Assembly: GCA_030390025.1 (NCBI GenBank) | Contig: CM059432.1 | Span: 148,802,001-148,866,000 of the forward strand | DNA: 64,000 nt | DNA from: Squalus acanthias | Taxonomy: Eukaryota | Direction of reading: 5' to 3' | Shown: positions 39,290 through 49,429 of the stretch, piece by piece | How the letters are laid out: each line of letters opens with the position of its first letter | Position numbering within the stretch: position 1 is the first letter of the stretch | Program-made: the position numbers and the translations under genes | Notes under the pieces: model-generated | What the model saw: the letters and a program-made list of their open reading frames with translations, nothing else | Database searches by the model: none | What the model was told of the DNA's origin: nothing

Positions 39290-40836
39290 AGAAGGGTGTT
39301 TACATATTAAACGCAGCATTTATATTTGGCACCACAGAGTAACCTCTTTGAGCAGGTCTTGGCACCATCAGAGGCAGTGTCACCTTATTTATTTTGCCAG
39401 AATGGTGAATGATGACCAATAGCAGATGGTTATGGAGGGAGTCACAGCATGCAGGGAGGTCCTCTTTCCTTCCCATGGGCGGAAGAGACCTCCCCAGGAG
39501 ATCAACGCAGCCTGGTTGCACATTGCACAGGAGGGCACAAGCAGGGATGTAGTCAGGAGGACCTGGGTGCAGTGGCACAAACCTTTCAATGATCTCAGTA
39601 GATCACGAAATGTTACTGCAAAGCCACACTCAACCTCATCCTGCTGTGCCTCTCATCACATCCCCATCACTCTGCCTTCCCTACCCTACCCCTGCACATC
39701 CTTACTCAAACCAACTTACCTTGCACCTCCACCCATCCCTCTCTATCTACATTATCATATCCCCATCTCACTAGCCACCCCTCACACTCACCCTCATCTT
39801 ACTGCAAGCATACCAACTTACAACACACAAGGGTAGGCACTTGGGTGTTGTATGCAATGTTCATGTAAAGTTTCTGTTAATGTGGTATCAAACATTGAAA
39901 CCTTTATTTTCAACACTTTGCGTTCTTGGACAAATTTGTGTGCACCTTTGGAAGTGGCTTAGTGAGTTGCAGTGAATGGTGAGACATAATGTTACCCGCC
40001 GCAATGGTGATGAGTGTGAAAGGAATGGCTTGGGCATTGTAGGGATGCTTTATGGTGTTGATGTGGGGTGGTGCCAACCTGGCGCATCATGTGGCAGCCA
40101 GTGTGTGCAGTGTCAAGTGAAGTAAATGTGGCCATGGTGAGGCCATCCCTGGCGTCCCGGACAGCAATGTGCTCTCTGTCCTGTGCAGCATCAGTTGATG
40201 GCGGAGAAGGCTGGTGTTGTTGTTGGTGCTGCTGGTGTTGGGGCTGATCGTGGTGGGATTCTGAGGACAAAGGTGAGAGAGTTTCAAGGGCACCAATGCT
40301 GATGGAATAGACGGCAGGTGAAGTAGAGATGACAGAAGCGATCTGTCAATGGTGGGAGAGGTAATGAGGTCAGACTGAATGGAGACTTGTGTAAAGACTT
40401 GCAGCATCCTGAACCTGTAGTGGAAATGCAGTTTAGACAAGTTAGTGACTAAGGGAACATTCCTCAATCAGCTGGGAGCTTTGACTTGACATTTGAAGCT
40501 CAGCTTCAGTGACACAGACAAGGTCTAGGCACAGCGGGAAACCGGTGGGCGACCTGTCAAATCCAAAAAGCTGGGAAAAAGCCATTGATAAGTGAGTGGC
40601 AAAAAACAAACCACTAATGATTTTAATTGCCTCCCCCGCCGCTGCGTGTTGGGTCTGCTCAGCGCTGACAGACCCAACATTTGGTAAAGGCGCGTGGCGG
40701 CGGGTTCACAGTGGGGTCTTGACCCGCTGGGGGAAAAAAAAACGCTTTCCCACCCGACCTGCCACCGATCGCGCTGCCGCACTTCTAGTGAAGTTACAGT
40801 GGCACAGCAGCAGAAAAAACAAGGAAATTCTGGGCC
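39290..40836. mobile_element. Internally deleted Harbinger derivative
   Basis: Myb exon-1 remnant (REVLFPSHGRKRP...AWLHIAQE...RTWVQWHKPFNDL, +). Gln/His-rich transposase N-terminus remnant (-) like that of copy 1. Right end AAATTCTGGGCC; left end unclear. Confidence 0.65.
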
Positions 40837-40869
40837 TATGTGTCTAGAGATAAATTCATAATGCCCACG

Positions 40870-41335
40870 AGCCGTGGCTCAGTGGGTAGCGCTCTTGCCT
40901 CTGATTCAGAAGGTTGTGGGTTCAAGTCCCACTCCAGAGGCTTGAGCACAAAAAGCTAGGCTGACACTCCAGTGCAGTGCTGAGGCAGTGCTGCACTGTC
41001 GGAGGTGCCGTCTTTTGGATGAGATGTTAAACCGAGGCCCTGTCTGCTCTCTCGGGTGGACGGAAAAGCTCTCATGGCACGATTTTGAAGAAGCGCAGGG
41101 GAGTTCTCCCCGGTGTCCTGGCCAATATTTATCCGTCAATCAATATAACAAAAAGAGATTATCTGGTCATTATCACATTGCTGTTTGTGGGAGCTTGCTG
41201 TGCACAATTGGCTGCCGCATTTCCTACATTACAACAGCGACTACACTTCAAAACTACTTCATTGGCTGTAAAGCACTTTGGGACGTCCTGAGGTCATGAA
41301 AGGCCTTATATAAATGCAAGACTTCTTTCTTTCTA
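40870..41335 (+). mobile_element. Full-length Deu-domain SINE (SacSINE1-like)
   Basis: tRNA-like A/B boxes (GTGGCTCAGTGG, GGTTCAAGTCC), Deu-like core TGTCGGAGGTGCCGTCTTT..GGATGAGA..CCCCGGTGTCCTGGCCAA, L2-like tail TGTAAAGCACTTTGGG..TATATAAATGCAAG. Degenerate or partial copies at ~1425-1800, 2065-2280, 5450-6530, 8060-8445, 14070-14490, 25575-25870, 32675-32930, 37020-37220, 41400-41585 and 52620-52728. Confidence 0.85.
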
Positions 41336-41584
41336 CCCTACGTTGGATTAACTGGGAGTGCAGTGAGTGCAGTTGTGAAGACAAAACAAACAACAATTTT
41401 CGTCACAGCAAGACACCACAAACAGCAACGTTATGATAAACCACTTAATTAGCTTTTTTGTTTTGGTTGAGAGAGGATTATAAGTCAGACACTGGGAGCA
41501 GCACCTGCTTTGCTTCAACTAATGATCTTAAATGTCCACCTGAATAGAAGACAGGGTCTCGGTTTAACTTTTCATCCAAAGGGA

Positions 41585-43620
41585 GGTGGAGGAAGAAATA
41601 TGCAAACAAATTAGGGAAATTAGTAAAAAACATAGAATAATAATCATGGGGGACTTCAACTACCCCGATATTAATTGGACAGAAGAGGTAGGTAAAGGAG
41701 ATAAGGGAATGGAGTTCCTATAATGTGTACAGGACTCCTTTCTAACCCAGTATGTAAAAAGCCCAACAAGGGAGAATTTGCTATTGGATCTAGTAATGGG
41801 GAATGAACAGAGCAGATAAGAGAAGTAAAAGTAGGGGAACATCTAGGCAATAGTGACAATAATATAATACGCTTTAAAATAATAATCGAGAAGGACATAA
41901 GTATGTCGAAGACCAGGGTAACAGATTGGAGAAAAACTGATTTTGAGGGGCTGAGAATAGAACTTGTGAAAATAAAATGGACAACAATATTGGCAAACAA
42001 TCATGCAGAACCGCAATGGGAAACATTTAAAACAGTGTTCAACAGTGCAGGAAAAATATATTCCACTAAAAAACAAGAACAAGCTAAACACTAATGAGAC
42101 ACCATGGATGAATAAAGCCATAAGGGAAAAATTGAGGCATACATTAAGTACATGGACAGCAAGGGAGAGCATGATAAGGGAAAATATGAAGAGATTAGGA
42201 AAGAAGTCAAAAAAACAATTCGTACGGCAAAGAGGAATTATGAAATAAAATTATCAAGGAACATCAAACAAAATAGTAAAATATTTTACAAGCAGATCAA
42301 TAAAAAAAAGGTCGGGATGGGAATAGAGCCACTAAGGAATAGACAGGATAATACCACATGCAGTGATAGAGTGATGGCAGAAATATTAAACAATTATTTT
42401 GCCTCAGTATTTAGCAGGGAGATAGAACAGGTGAGCATGACATCGGATCATGAGATTAGTAATGAAATAACAGCATTTAAAATAAAGAGAGATATATTAA
42501 ATAAACTAATCAAACTCAAAGAGGAAAAAATACCCTGGTCCAGATGGATTACATCCACACATTTTAAAATAATCTAGGGAAGAGATAGCAGAGGCATTAC
42601 TACACATTTAATAATACATTAGAAAAAGGTGTAGTGCCAGAGGACTAGCATATAGCTAACATAGAAACATAGAATCTAGGAGCAGGAGTAGGCCATTCGG
42701 CCCGTCGAGCCTGCTCCACCATTCAATACGATCATGGCTGATCATTCAAATCCAGTACCCTGACCCTGCTTTAATCCCCACAGTACACATATCCCACCCT
42801 ACCCCCGTAACCCCACGTATTTAATTCCCCCTAACATATCCCATCCTATCCCCATAATACCTATATTCAAGAAGGGGGATAGGACATGTCCAGGAAACTA
42901 TAGACCAGTCAGCTTAACATCGGTGGTAGGAAAAATAATGGAATCCCTACTGAAGGAGAAAATAGAAGAACATCTAGAAGCCAAAAATATAATAATGAAT
43001 TTCAAATGGGAAAGTCTTGCTTGACCAACCTCATTGAATTTTTTGAAGAGGTAACAGAGAGATTAGACAAGGGTAATGCAGTCGATGTAATTTATCTAGA
43101 TTTTCAAAAGGCCTTCAATAAGGTACCACATAATAGACTAATGAATAAGGTCAGAGAATGCAGAGTCAGGGAACAAGTAGCAGAATGGATAGCTAGCTGG
43201 CTTCAAGACAGAAAGCAGAGAGTAGGGGTAAAGAGTAGCTATTCAGAGTGGTAGAAGGTGGGTAGTGGTGTTCCACAAGGATCAGTGCTGGGACCACTGT
43301 TGTTCACAATTTACATTAACGATTTAGACTTTGGAATGAAAAACACAATTTCTAAATTTGCGGATGACACCAAATTGGGGGGAAAGTTAATACTGAGGAG
43401 GACTGCAACAAATTACATGAAGACATTAATAAACTTGTAGAATGGGCATATAATTGGCAAATGAATTTCAACACAGATAAATGTGAGGTATTACATTTTG
43501 GTAGGAAGAATAGGGAGGTCACTATCACTTGGAGGGTGCGAGTCTAGGTGGGGTAGAGGAGCAAAGGGATCTCGGAGTACAAATACACAAATCACTAAAA
43601 GTAGCGACACAGGTTAACAA
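41585..43620 (+). mobile_element. CR1 (HER1-like) LINE ORF2 fragment, APE end through RT, decayed
   Basis: [75 protein letters not shown]. Confidence 0.92.
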
Positions 43621-43944
43621 AAAAAGACTTACATTTATATAGCACCTTTCACGACCACTGGACATCTCAAAGCACTTTACAGCCAATGAAGTACTTTTGG
43701 AGTGTAGTCACTGTTATAATGTGGGAAACGCGGCAGCCAATTTGCACACAACAAGCTCCCACAAACAGCAATTTGATAATGACCAGATCATCTGTTTTTT
43801 TTGTTACATTGATTGAGGGACAAATATTGGCCAGGACACCAGGGATAACTCGATAGCAAAATACTGCGGATGCTGGAAATCCGAAATAACAACAGAAAAC
43901 GTTGGAAAAACTCAGCAGCCCAGACAGCATCCGTGGAGAGAGAG

Positions 43945-43981
43945 AGTTAACGTTTCAGGTCGATGACCTTTCATCAGAACT
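43945..43981 (-). ncRNA. Minimal hammerhead ribozyme motif (mirror copy)
   Basis: Reverse complement reads AGTT-CTGATGA-A-AGGTC.ATC.GACCT-GAAA-CGTT-AACT. Confidence 0.7.
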
Positions 43982-44213
43982 GGAAAGAGCCGGAAATCAA
44001 ATAGATTTAAGGCCAGGATAAAGCTGGGAAAAGGGGGAGGGGATAAAGGAACAAAAGGGGAGATAAAGAGACATTAAGAGATATCACATTAACACCACCT
44101 CTTGCCTCGCATATCTCTTAATGTCTCTTTATCTCCCCTTTTGTTCCTTTATCCCCTCCCCCTTTTCCCAGCTTTACTCTGGCCTTAAATCTATTTGATT
44201 TCCGGCTCTTTCC

Positions 44214-44250
44214 AGTTCTGACGAAAGGTCATCGACCTGAAACGTTAACT
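44214..44250 (+). ncRNA. Minimal hammerhead ribozyme motif
   Basis: AGTT-CTGACGA-A-AGGTC.ATC.GACCT-GAAA-CGTT-AACT. Confidence 0.7.
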
Positions 44251-46799
44251 CTCTTTCTCTCTCCACGGATGTTGTCTGGCCTGCTGAGTTTTTCCAGCGT
44301 TTTCTGTTGTTATACCAGGGATAACTCCCCTGCTCTTCTTCGAAATAGTGCCATGGGATCTTTTACGTCCACTTGAGAGAGCAGATGGAGCCTCGGTTTA
44401 ACGTCTCATCCGAAAGACGGCACCTCCAACAGTGCAGCGCTCCCTCAGCACTGCACTGGGAGTGTCAGCCTAGATTTATGTGCTCATGTCTCTGAAGTGG
44501 GACTTGAACCCACAACCTTCTGACTCAGAGGTGAGTGTGCTACCCACTGAGCCACAGTTGACACTGAAGGCTATAAAAAAAGCAAACTAGGCACTAGGGT
44601 TTATTGCTCGAGGGATAATCTACACACCTATACTAATTCGTCCTTCCCCTTCCTTTTTTATCACCAGTTTTCTCCCTTTCCTCATGAAGGCATTGGCTCC
44701 CACTGTGGTTCAGCTTCACAAAGCACGAGTCAGCCTCCAGTACCTCAGCCAAATAGCCACTATTTACGTGGGCTTTGACATTGAACCTGATCCTGTCCTC
44801 AACCAACAGCCAAATGTGCACGAGCAACTCTTCTCCTCCCGAACACGTAGAGCTGGGGCCAATCATAATGTCCACCCGGGCTGAGATAAGTTAACTTAGC
44901 ATTGACCAGGGATCAAACCGGAGATCTTCCTGGTTATTACAATTCAGCTACTCACTGGACAAACTCATCACATCTTTATTTTTGCCTTAAAAGCATTTAA
45001 GAGTCTTGTGCTTGTGATTGACTACATTATAGTTATCTGGTCCATAATGGCACGAGTTTGGGGAATCATTTTTTGTACAAGCCTGTGGGGGTAGCCTGCT
45101 TGCATGGAACCTCCAAGCTAGAAAATGTCCTCTGGGTTTATGGATTAATGCAGCCAAGCCTCGGCTTCAGTTTCAAAGTTCAGCTGAGGTAGGCAGTCTA
45201 AGGAGTAAAGGAGAAGGTTGTTGTGAAAAACGTTTTTTTTATAACTCGATAAAAGACCATTACAGGAGCTAAATATCTATTAGTACATAGTGCCCACCAT
45301 GCTTAAAATGGGCAGTTGCCTATATTGGCGAAAAAGTGCTAACCATTTCCCAATTTGCATTAATGCCAATTTCAAAGTTGACGGTTATAGCATCTTAAGT
45401 GCTCTGTTTATTTCAGTCAGAAACAGCTGTGTTTACTCACAATTTACCTTTCATTCTACAGGGTGTTTGATGAAATGCAAATACTAAACATCAGAAGTTG
45501 AATTACTGTCAGTGTTTTCTTCAAGGCACGGTGATCTTGCCATTTGCCTGTATTCAAATGATTAGGCTTTGCCATACAAATGAAACCTCCCTTTAGAATT
45601 GTATAGTACATTGCAGTATTAATCGTCAATAACCTGCCTTGTTTTTGGGACGATTAAATCACAAACGAGCATACATAAATAAAGTATATATGCTTTTAAA
45701 AAACATTAAATTGTGATAAAACATACTTGAAAGTAACAGCACTCGTCAGGATTCTGTTTTCGATCGACGCTGTGAAGCAGTGCAAGTTTACATTTGTCTG
45801 TACAACCGATGGAAAGTAACTCCGATATTGGCTCAGAGGTTCTCAGTCCGTGAAGATAGCTTCCTTCAGGATCACGGCTGTCAGGTTACATTTTTCCATT
45901 GTAAATTTCTATGTCTATATTTATAACAGAAATTTATGCTGTAATTACACTCCACCCGCTACCCCGCCCCTCCACACAGGAACTTAAAATGTGTATTTTT
46001 TTAATTTTTATATTGCAACTTTAAAATGCCACCAGAGTTACATCTGTACATTCCAGTCCAAATATTCCCCAGCCTCTAACCCAACTTCACTTGAATACAC
46101 TTGCCCTCGACTCCCTGTGCGCAACGCCACGGAGCATCACACTATTCAAAAAGATATTTCCTGTCGCCAGTAAACATTCCTCACGGAGATTTCCATGTTA
46201 GTTGCATCCACACACCCGTTCTCGTCGCAATTTGTCTGTGATGCCTTAGGTGGCGCTGTAATAGGGGTTTCCCATTTCGAGCAATTAGCCTTTAGTCATG
46301 TTTTTCAGTCACAAAATTTTCTTGGGGCTGCTCGCGCATGTGCTGTGGAAACTTGGCTTATGCCAGTAACTGGAGTTTCCGTCACACTTTCATCGTGGTT
46401 AAGGTGGAACAATGGGATCAGCTCAAAGGAAATTTTGGGCCTAAATTTATCATAAATCTATTTGTTTGGCCTGTTCTCAGCCCCCATCAGCAATGCCATG
46501 GGACATTGACTAATAACTTAAAAAATATTACCTAAATTAAATTAAATTGACGCAAGTTGTTTCCATTTATAAAATTCACGGTTAGCTCTTGTGACGACTT
46601 AAAACAGATCAGTCGAGATCACTGGTAGCTCTTTGAAATAAAGGCCTTGAGTTTGGTACATGTCTCACTGCAAAACTAAGGAAAATACTCTGCTGTGACA
46701 GGTGGTGGAAGGGTTCTAAAATGGGTAGCATGTAAATCGATCTCGGTGAAGCATTTCTCCAAACATTTACAAGCACGGCTAACAAAAAACAAAGACATC

Positions 46800-47322
46800 G
46801 CTGTAGTACAGTAAATAAAACTTTATTTCACTTCTCTAAGTGAATGTTACAAGTTACCCTTCTGCTTAGCATAGATAGGAATCATGTATTTACAATTTAC
46901 AGTAGTGTCTCTTTCCAAAATACAAGTACAAAAGCTATAGTAAACAAACGAGGTACTGCGATTCAGTATCTTTATAGGCTGAAGCTCCAAGGATATGACC
47001 TAGCAAAAAAAATCAAGCTGTACAGAAAGAAGCAGTCCAGTCAAACATTAACAGTGTCCATTAACGGCTTATATCCCATTAGAAATTTATTGCACAATTT
47101 ATCCTAGTGCCATTTAACAAGAATCTGCTAGAGTTAACATCAGAATAATGTTTTTGTGTCTTTTTTAAATTTTAGATTTTGTACAAATCACAGTAAAAGG
47201 CCATAGAAACATCATCTTGATAACCGTACCACATTTCCCTTCTCCCCACGCGCAACCAGATAAATAACATCCCAGCAGCATGATCATGGAACAGCTCCGT
47301 GTCACCCTTGGAGACTTCCCAG
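46800..47322 (-). other. GOLGA4: GOLGA4 3'UTR (proximal poly(A) signal at 46822-46827)
   Basis: Unique AT-rich sequence after the TAA. Minus-strand AATAAA (plus TTTATT 46822-46827). Cleavage site inferred, not observed. Confidence 0.6.
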
Positions 47323-47337
47323 TTAGCGTAGCCAAGT
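47323..47337 (-). CDS. GOLGA4: GOLGA4 last exon, coding part TWLR*
   Basis: Strong acceptor tttccttttccag|ACT TGG CTA CGC TAA; resembles the recalled alternative human C-terminus SWLRSSS*. Followed by repeat-free AT-rich UTR-like sequence. Confidence 0.75.
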   Translation of the reverse strand, partial: TWLR

Positions 47338-48039
47338 CTGGAAAAGGAAACACGGGATCATTTTGTAAAGTACATTGCAAATATTTTCCTGTTACATTCT
47401 CAGATCATAATATGCAATTGCTTAGCAATGCAACCAAATGACTTTGGTCCATGTCTCTAATGATTAAAGTTTTGGCCACCCACAAAATAGTTTCATGAAT
47501 ACACCCTTCATGTTTCTGCAATACAAAATGTCATTTTAAGCATTTTAAAGTCCATAAATAAAAGCACAATGCTCTGATCAGTCGACTGGCCAGCCCTATC
47601 AGAGTGGCAAAAGTGCCCTCACAAAAGATGTCAGCAGTGCAGTCTCTATTTTTTGCACCATCCGCACGTGAATATCAATTTTAATCTCATTGCAGAGCAA
47701 CTGCATTGTACAATCTATTTCACTTAAACAAGGAGCAAAGTTAGTACATCTTGCTTATAGCACCCCATTCCCCACCTTTCCATCCCAGATTTAAGAGAAC
47801 ACAGCCATAGATATATATGACTTGTTTTGAAATATCTTGGATTTTGTAGTCTCATGACCACCATTTTGGCCAACATTTCCCTTCTCAGCTGCTCCAGTGG
47901 TGTATGTCCAGAAGGCATTCAATAAGGTTCCACGTGAGAGACTGTTAACAAAACTGACAGCGCATTGAATCGGAGGTAACCTATTGGCATGGGTAGGGAA
48001 TTGGTTAGGAGGTAGAAGCCAGAGAGTAAGGATAATGGG

Positions 48040-49000
48040 TACAAAAGCAAAATACTGCGGATGCTGGAAAAATGAAATAAAAACAGAAAATGCTGGAAAT
48101 ACACACGTCAGGCCGCATCTGTGGAGAGAGAAACAGGATTAATGTTTCAGGTCGATGACCTTTTGTCAGAACTGGAAAAAGTTAGAGATGTCACAGATTT
48201 TAAGCAAGTGCAGGGGCATGGAAAGGGGAGGGGAGGAAAGAGCAAAAGGGAAGGTCTGTGACAGGCAGGAGAGATTAAATGACAAAAGGTATGATTGTGC
48301 AAAGAAAAAGGAGATGGTAATGGGATAAGTAAAGAAACAAAAGATGGGTCTCGAAGAGGTGTATACAGGTTGAGCGTCTAAAATCCGGAGTTCCGGACTC
48401 CGGGACGATTGGTGGCAGGGTCGTCCGGAATCCGTAAAATGTTCTGGAATTCGGACACCCTGTCAAACCGCAACCTGGGCCCAGGCATTTCCGGACTTGG
48501 AACATGTTTCTGATGTCCGAAGTCCGGAAACGCCAGAGCCCAGGTTGCAATATTTCCGGACTTTGGACATCAGAAACACGTTCCGAAGTCCGGAAAAACA
48601 TGAAAACTGGCTCGGCCTCGGTCTCGAGGTTGCCGGATCGGGACGCTCAACCTGTATAGGTATAGCAGAATCATCAACAGCTGCCATCTGAAAAGATAGG
48701 GGCAGAGGTTATGGTCTGAAATTGTTCAACTTGATGTTGAGTCCAGAAGGCTGTAAAGTGCCTAATTGAAAGATGAGGTGCTGTTCCTCGAGCTTACGTT
48801 GAGCTTCATTGGAACAGTGCAGGAGGCCGAGGATGGAGAGATCAGAGTGGGAGTAGAGCGGAGAATTCAAGTGACAGGCGACCGGAAGCTCGGGGTCACG
48901 CTTGCGGACTGAATGGAGGTGTTCCGCAAAGCGGTCACCCAATCTGCATTTGGTCTCCCCGGAGACCGCAACGCGAGCAGTGAATACAGTATACTAAATT
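48040..49000 (-). mobile_element. Penelope-like element 3' fragment (same family as 37583-38368)
   Basis: GDRFAEHLHSVRKRDPELPVACHLNS...RKLEEQHLIFQLGTLQPSGLNI plus pLTR; interrupted by a MITE. Confidence 0.88.
48366..48654. mobile_element. Tc1/mariner (Tigger/pogo-like) MITE nested in a PLE fragment
   Basis: Perfect 13-bp TIRs CAGGTTGAGCGTC / GACGCTCAACCTG, TA on both sides, many internal TCCGGA motifs. Confidence 0.85.
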
Positions 49001-49429
49001 GCAAGAAAATAATGGGATGTTGGCTTTTATCTCAAGAGGGCTGGAATAACAAAGGAGTGGAAGTTACAGGTGCATAAAGCTCTGGTTAAGACCCCATTTA
49101 GTGTTCAGCTCTGGGCACCGCACCTCAGGAAGGATATATAATGCGCCGCAGATTCACCTGAATGATACCTGGGCTAAAAGGCTTAAATTATGAGGTCAGT
49201 TTCTTTTTGTTTATTTATTCATTCACAGAATGTGGGCATCGCTGGCAAGGCCAGCATTTATTACCCATCTCTAATTGCCCTCGAGAAGGTGGTGGTGAGC
49301 TGCATAGACTAGTCTTATATTCCCTTGAGTACAGGAAATTATGATTGAAGGGTGGGTGGGTGGTGGTGGTGGTGGTGGTGTACAGTATGTAATGTGTGTC
49401 TCTGTGAATAAAGGCTTGTCAGCAACTAA

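Larger units (their letters stand above)
43852..44313 (-). mobile_element. Fold-back PLE insertion (~200-bp inverted arms) inside a Deu-SINE
   Basis: 14-bp TSD ACCAGGGATAACTC at 43838-43851 and 44314-44327. Arms ~43887-44084 and 44111-44313, one hammerhead motif in each. Confidence 0.9.
43620..44565 (-). mobile_element. Deu-domain SINE interrupted by a PLE, nested in CR1
   Basis: The two SINE halves rejoin exactly across the 14-bp TSD. Confidence 0.85.
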
